From an uncultured Marinilabiliaceae bacterium (GTDB taxonomy: Bacteria > Bacteroidota > Bacteroidia > Bacteroidales > VadinHA17): a stretch of 64,000 bases of DNA. Positions 1 to 9,098 of this stretch are shown piece by piece. The position numbers and the translations under genes are program-made. The notes under the pieces were generated by a model that saw nothing but the letters and a program-made list of their open reading frames with translations, was not told the origin of the DNA and made no database searches. Position 1 is the stretch's first letter; each line of letters starts with the position of its first letter. The stretch is from assembly GCA_942492595.1 (NCBI GenBank), contig CALOFK010000001.1:80366-144365 (forward strand). Direction: 5' to 3'.

Positions 1-233
1 CTTCAGCCATAAATCAGATGGAGGCAGAACACCAGGTTGAGGGAGACAGATTTATGAATCTTTCAAAAATTACAAAGGGATATGAGGTACCTCCGGATGG
101 ATGTTCTACCTTTGAGGTTACTTATAAAACCCTGGAAGAATTTGAAAAGGATTTGCACAGGCATATACACCTTGAGAATAATGTACTTTTTCCAAAAGCA
201 ATAAAACTGGAAAAAACGATAGTCGATAATTAA
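1..233 (+). CDS. ric: Iron-sulfur cluster repair di-iron protein (RIC/YtfE/ScdA), C-terminal part; 5'-truncated by the window edge
   Basis: The frame is open from the window start. MEAEH...YEVPPDGCSTFEVTYKTLEEFEKDLHRHIHLENNVLFPKA is the characteristic hemerythrin-like C-terminus of RIC proteins. Confidence 0.9.
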   Translation, partial: SAINQMEAEHQVEGDRFMNLSKITKGYEVPPDGCSTFEVTYKTLEEFEKDLHRHIHLENNVLFPKAIKLEKTIVDN

Positions 234-240
234 TATTACT

Positions 241-693
241 ATGCTTACAACAAGCACAAAATATGCCATCAGGGCGATGGTATATATACAACTTCAGAAC
301 TGGAAAGAGCAGCGGCCGGGCGTTATAGAAATAGCCCGTGAAATAGAAGCTCCAACAGCATTTACTGCTAAAATATTACACTCTCTTACATCCAGGAATC
401 TCCTGAAATCGATGAAAGGACGAGGAGGGGGGTTCTTCTTTGCCGATAATAATTCTGATGTATCACTTTACCAGATTATTATTAGCATGGAGGGCGACAA
501 GCTGTTTACCCAGTGTGGCTTTGGCCTTAAGAACTGCAACGATGAGAATCCATGTCCCTTACATGACCGTCATCTGATAATCAGGGCAGAATTATTTGAT
601 ATGGCACATTCTGAAACGGTTAGTTCTCTTGCCAAAAAGATAAACCAGGGAACTGCCGTACTGAACCGTGTTGAATCAAAGGACTTTATTTAA
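241..693 (+). CDS. Rrf2 family transcriptional regulator
   Basis: YAIRAMVYI, wHTH with LLKSMKGRGGGF, and a C-terminal C-x6-C-x5-C-x2-H motif (CGFGLKNCNDENPCPLH). Confidence 0.93.
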   Translation: MLTTSTKYAIRAMVYIQLQNWKEQRPGVIEIAREIEAPTAFTAKILHSLTSRNLLKSMKGRGGGFFFADNNSDVSLYQIIISMEGDKLFTQCGFGLKNCNDENPCPLHDRHLIIRAELFDMAHSETVSSLAKKINQGTAVLNRVESKDFI

Positions 694-756
694 TTAGGAT
701 ATAACCTAATAATCGAAAAAGCCATAATAGTGGTTTATATATTAGAGGACTGTACC

Positions 757-1284
757 TTATGTAGACTGTGAGAGGAAATATACCAGAAACTCGTCTTCAG
801 TTACTTCACTAATCCAGTATTTATAACCAAGCCCAAGAGCCTTATCTATAAGCGGAGCAGGAATAAATGGTGCACTGATTTCAAGAATCTGCCCTTCTTT
901 TATCTTCTTTAGAGCAGACAATACTTCATGGACAGGTTGTTCACCTGCATTCAGCATTTTACTGATATCAATATTAGCGGCAACGGCCGCTACAGAAAAC
1001 CAACCTGGAGCATCAAAAACATAAGTACTTTCTTTCTCTTCATGACCTACCAGTAATTCTTGTCCGGCTGCTTGCCGAAGCGTATTAATTAAATCTTCTA
1101 CTTTTACTCCTCCTATAATTGCAGCCTGACTGAGAGAAGTTACCCGTGCAATGGTCCTTCTCAACAGGGGATTCTTAAGTTTCGTAAACTGCGGTGCTGC
1201 CTGTATAAGAGTTTCCTCCAGTTCGGGGTAGGACTCAAGCAGATCATAGATCTTTGTTTTGGGCGTAATAACTATTGCTTCCAT
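757..1284 (-). CDS. DUF1858 domain protein with a probable C-terminal DUF2249/TusA-like domain
   Basis: N-terminal TKIYDLLESYPELEETL...FTKLKNPLLRRTIARVTSLSQAA (DUF1858-like). C-terminal GEQPVHEVLSALKKIKEGQILEISAPFIPAPLID (DUF2249-like). Confidence 0.72.
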   Translation of the reverse strand: MEAIVITPKTKIYDLLESYPELEETLIQAAPQFTKLKNPLLRRTIARVTSLSQAAIIGGVKVEDLINTLRQAAGQELLVGHEEKESTYVFDAPGWFSVAAVAANIDISKMLNAGEQPVHEVLSALKKIKEGQILEISAPFIPAPLIDKALGLGYKYWISEVTEDEFLVYFLSQST

Positions 1285-1285
1285 A

Positions 1286-2533
1286 TTAACCCTCCTTCTC
1301 TTTTCCGTATGATAAAATACGTTGTTCGCCTTCCAGCGATCGTGCTTCTGTCAGATCCTGTGATACTTCTAATGTTCCCAGGTATTCACCATTTTCATCC
1401 CTTAAAGCATAATATTCGATAAGAATGAATTTACCTTTCATTTGAATCCAGAATGGAGCATGCGAAGCTCTGCCTGATTTGAAATCATCAAGAATCTTCT
1501 CTACGATATGAACGCTGCCAGGAGGGTGACACAGGCTTACATCCCTGTTTATTATCGACCTGCTGCGTGGAAATATCCGATGCTTGCCCTGGCTAAAATA
1601 TTTAACCTTATCGTGTTTATCAACAAAAGTCATATCAACCGGCATTGTGTTTAAAACAGCCATAATTTCACTGGCAGTAAAGCTACCCGAAGGCAAGTGG
1701 ACAGTACCATCTGAGTTTGTTGAACCTATTGTTTCAGCTGCTTTTTCAAATCCCTCAGGTTTCCATTCATAAGGTGGGTCATAAAGAGTAAATCCGAACT
1801 CAAGTGTTTGCTGATGAATATTCCACCAATCATCCTCCGTGATCAGATCCATAGCCATTGGGAATAGTATTTCCTCTTCCTTTTGCACCATATCATCAAG
1901 TGCCTTCAGGAGGGGATAGAAAATCAGATCCAGGGACTCCTCAAGGTCGTTCTTCTTTAGCTCTGCTTCCTTTAAAAGGGCAAGGCTTCCTTTTAGTTGT
2001 TCTCTTATTTCATCGTGCTTCCCCCACATTACCTTGGGCGGGCCGGTAATATCTTTTTTTTCCAGGTAGGGAAACATCAGGTATTCCTTTCGCTGATAAT
2101 GTTTATCTACATCCATCAGATCGTTGAAACAGGAGAGTAATACCGACCTGAAGTTTTGAAAGTTTGCATCTGGAACATTTTTTATTGAATCCATAAGATC
2201 CCTTGTTTTAGCTGTTACTTTTTTAAGCTCCAGGTTTTCTTTTTTAAACACATCCATTGGATGGCCCTCGGGGATATCCTTCGACCCTGATTGGTCGACA
2301 TGTCCTTCGAGTACCTCTCCGTGAATATCACAAAGTTTTAAAACCTCTGATTCTGGTAATCCTTCGCTTATCAATTCCTGTTCTACCTCAACTACCTCTG
2401 AGTATGGGACTGCTTTCAGATTAGTAACCAATTCCTCTCTGACCAGATCGGGCGATTCACCATCGTGAAGCTTAAGAATCAGTTCTTTTAAGCGGTCTTT
2501 CCTATATCTTGAATTATTAATAAACTCGCTCAT
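1286..2533 (-). CDS. DUF438 / hemerythrin / PAS domain protein
   Basis: N-terminal LKELILKLHDG...VEQELISEG...LCDIH (DUF438). Hemerythrin-like HYQRKEYLMFP...HDEIR...KEEEILFP. C-terminal PAS-like DMTFVDKHDKVKYFS...RDVSLCHPP. Confidence 0.88.
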   Translation of the reverse strand: MSEFINNSRYRKDRLKELILKLHDGESPDLVREELVTNLKAVPYSEVVEVEQELISEGLPESEVLKLCDIHGEVLEGHVDQSGSKDIPEGHPMDVFKKENLELKKVTAKTRDLMDSIKNVPDANFQNFRSVLLSCFNDLMDVDKHYQRKEYLMFPYLEKKDITGPPKVMWGKHDEIREQLKGSLALLKEAELKKNDLEESLDLIFYPLLKALDDMVQKEEEILFPMAMDLITEDDWWNIHQQTLEFGFTLYDPPYEWKPEGFEKAAETIGSTNSDGTVHLPSGSFTASEIMAVLNTMPVDMTFVDKHDKVKYFSQGKHRIFPRSRSIINRDVSLCHPPGSVHIVEKILDDFKSGRASHAPFWIQMKGKFILIEYYALRDENGEYLGTLEVSQDLTEARSLEGEQRILSYGKEKEG

Positions 2534-2545
2534 ATCTTTTCTGTT

Positions 2546-2884
2546 TTACAATATTTTAGTTTTATTTTCAGGTCTGGGTGCCTTAATAACCAGTATCCTT
2601 GCCTGCTTACTGCTCTCATTGCTTATATAATGAGTAATATTAGCCGGACTTTCAATAAGAGTGTCTTTTACCTGGGGCAGGCTTTCATTGCCAATATGTA
2701 TTGTGGGTTCTCCCTCCAGTATATAAAAAACAACATCAACCGGTGTTTTATGTGCCTTAAGGCTTTCACCTGCCTCCAGCCTGATATGCATAATCTGAGC
2801 CGAAAAATCATTATATAATTGTCTTACATCCACACCATGAGGCGTTTCCTTTACTGGTTCTGATAAAAATGTTCTTGTTACCAT
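2546..2884 (-). CDS. Cupin domain protein
   Basis: 112 aa with cupin motifs LKAHKTPVDVVFYILEG and IESPANITHYISN. Confidence 0.88.
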   Translation of the reverse strand: MVTRTFLSEPVKETPHGVDVRQLYNDFSAQIMHIRLEAGESLKAHKTPVDVVFYILEGEPTIHIGNESLPQVKDTLIESPANITHYISNESSKQARILVIKAPRPENKTKIL

Positions 2885-2896
2885 AGCATCAATTTA

Positions 2897-4450
2897 TTAA
2901 ATATTAGATTTATTTTTTTTATTGGCTTTTGATCTGAATCTCTTTCTCCACAGAAGATATCCGCTAAGCACTACAATAACGGCAGTTAGTCCCGTAAGAG
3001 GCACAAGCAGCACATAGAATACTCCCAGGAGGGGTTCAAAAATTCTTCCTGTATGGAATTCAAGGGCTAGAGACCAGAGAGAAATACCAGAAACTTTTGA
3101 TATATTTTCTGGCATAGCCGGAAAATTCAATTCGCTATTCTGCACAGGGACTACCCCATTATCATAGTCAACAAGAAAAAGCCTTCCCCGGTGATCCTTA
3201 AAGGTGCCCGATACCTTTATGTCTCCGATAGGTCTTCCTCCGCCCGGCTCACTATATATTTGTCCGTTTTTTAAATTATATACCACCGGGCTTTCAGGAT
3301 TCCATCTAAACAAGCCACTGAATGAGCCTACCATATATTCATGCTCATTTATTTTTTCCAGTGTATTTATGCCCATAACGCTGACAGGGGGTTGTGAGCT
3401 ATATTTTACAGGACGAAGATTATCAACACTCATATAAAACATTCCTTCGGAAGCAGATAGGAGTAGAATATCTTTCTCCTTATCGTATAAAAGTCCCCTC
3501 ATTTTATCGTACCATGGGTTTGCCTGGTCGAGATGAGTATAAGGCAGCGGCCTAATTTTCGCATTGGCAATCGCAATAAGAAGAGGGGGGCGAAGGAACA
3601 TGCCTGTGAAAAAGAGGATTATAAGAAATACAAAGACCCATGCTCCTGTTCGGTTGTGCCACCTTAAGGACCATCTGTTGATTTCAATAATTCTTCCTGA
3701 CCCTGTATTTCGCTTTTTCCTCCGTTTTATCCACCCGGGAAAGAAAAAATATATTATCCCGCTAAGGGATATAAATATGGTAAGCAAGCCCAGGATATCT
3801 ACATATATTTTACCCGGGATTCCAAAAATCTCACCTGAATGAATTTGCCAGATAGTTTCAAACAATCCAACTTCATTCTTATAATTCAGATCCGGAGGCA
3901 GTTCAATTTTACTAAAGGATGTGCTTTCCCCTTCTGAGATTCCAATAAAAAGGTATGACCTGTTCAGGGCATAAACCGTATCACCACGACTTTCGATCGC
4001 TACAAATCTTTTATTATCCACATCAAGAGGGAATTGTATCCAGCTCTTTTCATTCGCGTCAAATGAGAAAAGACCAAAATGGGTGGCCGCATAAAGATTT
4101 CCATCGTCTGTTAAATGAACATCATAAATCTTATGCATATCCATTCCCTTTTTAAAGCCGGAATTTAAAGACCTGTATTCATTATAGGCAGAGTCTGTTA
4201 CCCATACACCTATGCTTCCATATACAAGTATACTATCGGGATTAATAAGCAGGCTGCCCTTCAGTGACCCATTGGTCCATTTTTCAATATGATACTTTTT
4301 GGGAAGCAGCTTGCGGCTAATATCTATTCCTGAGATCAGTTCACGATGGTTCATCAGAATCCCCGAAATAGCGTAATACAAGAGTATAAAGGCAATAATC
4401 AGGGCCGGCCATTTATGCAGCTTCTTATATAGTCGTGTTAATTTACTCAT
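2897..4450 (-). CDS. PepSY-associated TM helix domain membrane protein (FoxB/PiuB-like, probable di-heme)
   Basis: LHKWPALII...AISGILMNH, WQIHSGEIFG, LRWHNRTG...FFTGMFL and LEFHTGRIF give the two-fold repeated His-bearing TM pattern of PepSY_TM proteins. Confidence 0.82.
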   Translation of the reverse strand: MSKLTRLYKKLHKWPALIIAFILLYYAISGILMNHRELISGIDISRKLLPKKYHIEKWTNGSLKGSLLINPDSILVYGSIGVWVTDSAYNEYRSLNSGFKKGMDMHKIYDVHLTDDGNLYAATHFGLFSFDANEKSWIQFPLDVDNKRFVAIESRGDTVYALNRSYLFIGISEGESTSFSKIELPPDLNYKNEVGLFETIWQIHSGEIFGIPGKIYVDILGLLTIFISLSGIIYFFFPGWIKRRKKRNTGSGRIIEINRWSLRWHNRTGAWVFVFLIILFFTGMFLRPPLLIAIANAKIRPLPYTHLDQANPWYDKMRGLLYDKEKDILLLSASEGMFYMSVDNLRPVKYSSQPPVSVMGINTLEKINEHEYMVGSFSGLFRWNPESPVVYNLKNGQIYSEPGGGRPIGDIKVSGTFKDHRGRLFLVDYDNGVVPVQNSELNFPAMPENISKVSGISLWSLALEFHTGRIFEPLLGVFYVLLVPLTGLTAVIVVLSGYLLWRKRFRSKANKKNKSNI

Positions 4451-4474
4451 TGAGATGTTTTGAAAAATTTCTAA

Positions 4475-4927
4475 TTAAGCTAGGGGAGAATTTAAACGAT
4501 TTAAAACTGCCTCGCCATTTACTGTTTTTTGTGCCATCGAATAAATAGTCTGCTTTTTGCTCATCTTTAAGAATTGTTCCCTCACCTTTTCATATTCCTT
4601 ATGTATCGGACAGGGATTTTTATCAGAACAGCTTTTCAGGCCAATTGCACATTCAGTAAATATGCCGGCTCCTTCTATTGCAAGAACAACATCATAAACC
4701 GTCAGGTCTGTATGGTTATCGGGAAAATAAAAACCCCCGCCCTTACCTTTAAGCGAGTATAATAATCTATGAGTGGTAAGAAGATGTAATATTTTTGCCG
4801 AAAAAGCCACAGGTGCTTCAATCCCTTTTGCTATTTCTGCTACCCCTGGCCGTTTCTCCGCTATATTTTGCATCTGTACAAAAATTAGAGCCCTGATTGC
4901 ATATTCGGTGCTTTTTGATAATATCAT
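4475..4927 (-). CDS. Rrf2 family transcriptional regulator (paralog of 241..693)
   Basis: LSKSTEYAIRAL, LYSLKGKGGGF, CAIGLKSCSDKNPCPIH. Confidence 0.93.
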   Translation of the reverse strand: MILSKSTEYAIRALIFVQMQNIAEKRPGVAEIAKGIEAPVAFSAKILHLLTTHRLLYSLKGKGGGFYFPDNHTDLTVYDVVLAIEGAGIFTECAIGLKSCSDKNPCPIHKEYEKVREQFLKMSKKQTIYSMAQKTVNGEAVLNRLNSPLA

Positions 4928-4946
4928 AGTTGATAGTTTTGTGCAA

Positions 4947-4954
4947 CAAAGATA
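4947..4954 (-). promoter_or_regulatory. Bacteroidota primary-sigma -7 element for the Rrf2-PepSY-cupin-DUF438-DUF1858 operon
   Basis: CAAAGATA on + reads TATCTTTG on -, matching TAnnTTTG, 20 nt upstream of the ATG at 4927. Confidence 0.65.
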
Positions 4955-4967
4955 TAAAATTAGTATT

Positions 4968-4987
4968 AAATGACAATAAGGTCATTT
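4968..4987. promoter_or_regulatory. Candidate Rrf2 operator (7-6-7 inverted repeat)
   Basis: AAATGAC-aataag-GTCATTT is a perfect inverted repeat immediately upstream of the -7 element. Assignment to Rrf2 is an inference. Confidence 0.5.
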
Positions 4988-5158
4988 TATAATTTTGTGT
5001 TAGTAATAAACAGAAGGAATAGTCCTTAAAAAGACCGCCCTTAATAGTGTCTGACTTAATTATACGCTTTAAATCTTACTGCAGGTATAATAGTCAGTTT
5101 CTATAAATCTTAAATAAATAATTATTTATAGCTTTATTCAGCTATAAAAAAGAGTGAA

Positions 5159-7087
5159 ATGAGTGTTTCCCGATCAGATGTAATCGTAATTGGTGCCGGA
5201 ATAAGTGGATTAACAGCGGCTGCCCTGCTGGCAAAAAGTGGATTAAAAGTTAAACTGCTGGAACAGCATTACCAGCCCGGGGGATCCTGCGGGGCTTTTC
5301 GCAGGAAGGGCGTAACTTTTGACCAGGGAACTGCAATGCTTTATGGCTTTGGCAGCACGGGATCCAATAATCCCCATCGTTATATTATGAGCGAACTTGA
5401 GGAGGAGATAGAGGTAATTAAGCACGATATGCTTTATTGCCTGAAATATGACGGTATTCCCATTCATTTTCATTCTGATATGGACTCCTACTTCAAAGAG
5501 CTTGAGCAGCTCTTCGATAAAGATGAGATGGACCAGCTAAGATCCTTTTATGGCTATATTGGCCGTTTATACCATGAGGTACTGGTAGCTGAACCGATCT
5601 GTGTTGCTCCCCCCGAGATACCACCTAAAAAAGCCCTGCAGCTATTGCTTAAAAGTCCGATAAAACAGATAAAAACAATAGGCTTATTAAAAAAAAGTGC
5701 CGGAGATATTGTGCGCCCATATATTAAGTCTGAAAGGGTGATTAAGTACCTGAATAAGCTAACATCAACCTACTGCTATACCCTGGTTGATGAAACACCT
5801 GCTATAATGGCCGCTACGATGTTTATGGACAATCATTTTGGCGGGGTCTATTATCCTTTAGGTTCTTCGCAGCAACTTCCGGGGAAACTGGAAAAAGCAA
5901 TAGAAAAATTCGGAGGAAGTATGCTTTACCATCACAATGTAAAGCAGATACTGTTCGAAGGTGACAAAGTATGCGGCTTGCTGGTCGACACTCCAGGGGG
6001 TGAGGTAAAATATGAAACCGACGCTATTGTCTACGCCGGAACAGTTTGGGATCTATATGGGAAACTTATCCCCCACGAAGTCTCTAATCCGGAAATAAGG
6101 GAGTGGGCAAAAAATATTATTCCCACATATCCCAGCTTAGTACTGCACTGCCTGGTGGATAAGGACGTAATCCCCGGGGGCACGCAGCCCATAACGATGC
6201 TTGCAGATAACCCCGAGGCAATAGATGAAAAAGAAATTACCCTCTATATTCTTTCCCTGGCTGATCCTTCAATTTGTCCTCCGGGCACTCATACTGTAAT
6301 GGCTATAGGTCCCTCATTAAGAGAATGGCCTGCTCCTCATGAAGCTGAATACAGAAGTTCGTCTTATGAAAGAGCTAAAAAGGAAGAGACTGAACGTATT
6401 CTTACTACACTGGAAAAACACCTGCCCGGCTTTCGTAAAGGCCTGCGCTATAATACCCTTGCAACACCAACAACAATTGAACGTTATACAATGAAACCGG
6501 GCGGATCGGTGACAGGCCCAAAACATTGTATGGGACAGGAGCTGCTAAAGCGACCACATGCAAAAACACAATGGGAGAACCTTTTTATGTGTGGAGAATC
6601 CACGGTTATGGGCACCGGAAGTCCCTCTGTTACTATTTCCGGGGTGTCTGCAGCCAATATGGTCTTAAGACGCCTGGGCAAAGAAGAATATATATGGCGT
6701 AGGGGGATGAAAGATTTTGTTACAGAATACAGAGCCGCGGAGCTGACGGATAAGTCCTCATCCCATATCAGAGCCAATGCTCTGGAAGACGATAAGTATC
6801 TCACGCTTCATGACGATGCAAGTATTTGCCAGTGGTGCGAAGATGCTCCATGTCTGACTGTTTGCCCGGCTGAGTATGATATCCGCGGTATACTGAGGAG
6901 GATCGAGGTAGGAAACTATCAGGGAGCATACTCTGCTCTTAGAGAAAGAAATAAAGCAAATAATATTAATTGTGTCGATTGCAAGGCCCCTTGCTATGAA
7001 GCCTGTAAAGGTAAGGATGCAAATGTTACACCTGTGAAAATCAAAAATACATTTCTTAGCCTTGCAACTATACAGCACTCATCTTAA
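5159..7087 (+). CDS. Phytoene desaturase (CrtI/CrtH/RetSat)-family FAD oxidoreductase fused to a C-terminal GltD/PreT-like 2x[4Fe-4S] domain
   Basis: Rossmann motif VIVIGAGISG...LEQHYQPGGSCG. CrtI-like tail TPTTIERYT...GSVTG...LFMCGESTVMGTGSPSVTISG. C-terminal CQWCEDAPCLTVCP...CVDCKAPCYEAC (8 Cys). Confidence 0.85.
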   Translation: MSVSRSDVIVIGAGISGLTAAALLAKSGLKVKLLEQHYQPGGSCGAFRRKGVTFDQGTAMLYGFGSTGSNNPHRYIMSELEEEIEVIKHDMLYCLKYDGIPIHFHSDMDSYFKELEQLFDKDEMDQLRSFYGYIGRLYHEVLVAEPICVAPPEIPPKKALQLLLKSPIKQIKTIGLLKKSAGDIVRPYIKSERVIKYLNKLTSTYCYTLVDETPAIMAATMFMDNHFGGVYYPLGSSQQLPGKLEKAIEKFGGSMLYHHNVKQILFEGDKVCGLLVDTPGGEVKYETDAIVYAGTVWDLYGKLIPHEVSNPEIREWAKNIIPTYPSLVLHCLVDKDVIPGGTQPITMLADNPEAIDEKEITLYILSLADPSICPPGTHTVMAIGPSLREWPAPHEAEYRSSSYERAKKEETERILTTLEKHLPGFRKGLRYNTLATPTTIERYTMKPGGSVTGPKHCMGQELLKRPHAKTQWENLFMCGESTVMGTGSPSVTISGVSAANMVLRRLGKEEYIWRRGMKDFVTEYRAAELTDKSSSHIRANALEDDKYLTLHDDASICQWCEDAPCLTVCPAEYDIRGILRRIEVGNYQGAYSALRERNKANNINCVDCKAPCYEACKGKDANVTPVKIKNTFLSLATIQHSS

Positions 7088-7180
7088 TAACTTAAAAAAA
7101 CACATTTTTCATCATTAATGTCCCTTTTACGATAATCTATTCCTGGTTGCATATTAATAAAACCATGTTTTAATCAGGAT

Positions 7181-8227
7181 TTACAATAATGGTATAGCTG
7201 CCCGGTAGTGAGTATTGTTGGTCTTAATATCCAGGCCTTTATTACATAATAATTTGTAGCGGGAGTCAAGGGTACTAATACCTGTTTGTGTTGAATATGT
7301 TGTTTCCTTTTTATTAAGGTTATTAACCACCACCAGGTAATCACCTTCTGTAAAAACCTCTATCTTCAATGGACTGGACTTACTGGCTATATTGTGTTTT
7401 ATGGCATTCTCGACAAGCAGCTGTAAAGCCATTGGGACAATCTCCTTATCCATATCTTTATCCCTAACACTAATATCCACCTCCAGTCCCTCTCCTATTC
7501 GTTCTTTATGAAGGGCAATATAGGACCTCATAAATTCGAGCTCATCATGCAGATTAACAGTATCTTCTTCATGACTCTTTAGCACATAGCGATATACATC
7601 TGTGAAATTCTTAATAAACAGTTCTGCGAGGGCCGGATTATAACGAATTAATGATTTTAAGACACTCAGGTTATTAAACAAAAAATGAGGGTTCAGCCTG
7701 TCTTTAAGTGAATTATAGTCGCCCTGAAGCTTGGCCTGTCTTAGCCTGTCTATCTCCTCCCTGTTCTCCATCCAGTCTCTTGTCAGGTTAGACACTTTTA
7801 CCAGCAGTATCAGGATAACCAGCAGGAGCAGTCCAACTATTATAACTATCTGGGTTACGGTATTATTAAAAAGATCGACCTCCTGAAACATATTCTGGAC
7901 TAATGATAACCAGAAAAATGTAAGCAGCAAGGTTACTGAAACAATTGCAATTGCATGCATAAAAATGTTCCAGCGTAGCTTCCTGGAATTATTAAAAATT
8001 ACCATTATAAGGAAGCTCGCCTCAGATACACTGTTAAAGGCGAGTGAGGCAATAAGGTAAACCAGGCCTTTTCTGTCTGTTTCAAGGATTTGTTCGCCAG
8101 ATATTATTACGGCCAGGTGAATCAATAAAATAGATATAAGTGAAATAACAAGAATGCGACCAACTAAAAACTTTGGTTTATATGAACCAAAAGCTGCAAG
8201 GTTGGCTATGTTTCTTTCCTGGAACAC
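7181..8227 (-). CDS. LytS/YehU-family sensor histidine kinase
   Basis: About 4 N-terminal TM helices, then LKDRLNPHFLFNNL, LHDELEF, LQLLVENAIKHN and TGIS boxes. GTG start. Confidence 0.92.
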   Translation of the reverse strand: MFQERNIANLAAFGSYKPKFLVGRILVISLISILLIHLAVIISGEQILETDRKGLVYLIASLAFNSVSEASFLIMVIFNNSRKLRWNIFMHAIAIVSVTLLLTFFWLSLVQNMFQEVDLFNNTVTQIVIIVGLLLLVILILLVKVSNLTRDWMENREEIDRLRQAKLQGDYNSLKDRLNPHFLFNNLSVLKSLIRYNPALAELFIKNFTDVYRYVLKSHEEDTVNLHDELEFMRSYIALHKERIGEGLEVDISVRDKDMDKEIVPMALQLLVENAIKHNIASKSSPLKIEVFTEGDYLVVVNNLNKKETTYSTQTGISTLDSRYKLLCNKGLDIKTNNTHYRAAIPLL

Positions 8228-8237
8228 TATAATTGCT

Positions 8238-9044
8238 TTATTTGCCCATCCATTTCTTAAATCCGGGAGCCCGAAGCCTGCTTACTATAATCTCAAAATC
8301 ACAGTTCGGATTGGTAGTTACTTTAAGTTTACCTCCTGTTTCATTTTTAATCTTTTCTATAGTTTCAATATTTACTATAATTTTCCTGTTTAATCTAAAG
8401 AAGTCCTTGGGGTTAAGTTCTTTTTCCAGCTCTTCCAGACTATAGTCAAGGATATGCTCCTTTCCTTGCTTATCAACTGCAAGACTTAATTTATTTGAAC
8501 TATAAATATAGGCTATGCTTTTAGTCTCTAATCTTTTATACTCACTTACACCGGAAATCATAAACCGTGTTCTATATTCTGTTTTACCCTTTAGAATGGA
8601 TTCAATAATCTCCTGGTAATGTTCTGCATTCTCAAAAAGATAGCGCTTTGAAGGATCAAGCTTCCGCTGCTCTTCATACTTTAGAAAAGCATTGTTTAAT
8701 TCATTTTCATCTATTGGCTTTAAGAGATAATCAAGGCTATTAACCTTAAAGGCCCGGATAGCATATTCATCGTAAGCTGTTGTAAAGATAATACGTGATT
8801 GGGGGTCAAGGCTTATTTCGTTAAAAATCGAAAAGCAGGTTGCATCAGATAGCTGTATATCCATTAATATCAGGTCGGGGCCAGGGTTGTTTTTTAACCA
8901 GGCTATGCTTTCCTCTACACTTTCCAGTATTGCCTCTATCTTCCAGTATGGCCTTAACTGTCCGACCATGCCTTTCAGCATCATACTATTATGGGGCTCA
9001 TCCTCGATAATAACTACCCTGGTGTCTATATTTACAGTGCTCAT
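8238..9044 (-). CDS. LytTR-family response regulator
   Basis: Receiver domain (IIEDE, LMDIQLSD, FTTAYDEYA, YLLKP) plus LytTR domain (SLEELEKELNPKDFFRLNRKIIVN). Confidence 0.95.
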   Translation of the reverse strand: MSTVNIDTRVVIIEDEPHNSMMLKGMVGQLRPYWKIEAILESVEESIAWLKNNPGPDLILMDIQLSDATCFSIFNEISLDPQSRIIFTTAYDEYAIRAFKVNSLDYLLKPIDENELNNAFLKYEEQRKLDPSKRYLFENAEHYQEIIESILKGKTEYRTRFMISGVSEYKRLETKSIAYIYSSNKLSLAVDKQGKEHILDYSLEELEKELNPKDFFRLNRKIIVNIETIEKIKNETGGKLKVTTNPNCDFEIIVSRLRAPGFKKWMGK

Positions 9045-9061
9045 TATTTCCTGTATTAATC

Positions 9062-9069
9062 CAAAGATA
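9062..9069 (-). promoter_or_regulatory. Bacteroidota -7 element for the LytTR/LytS pair
   Basis: CAAAGATA reads TATCTTTG on -, 18 nt upstream of the ATG at 9044. Confidence 0.55.
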
Positions 9070-9098
9070 AGATAAAAAAAGGCACTCTCCGATACAGC

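Noticed and set aside
693-710. ATTAGG-n6-CCTAAT as terminator or operator
   Set aside because: A weak 6-bp AT-rich stem with no U tract; not enough to call.
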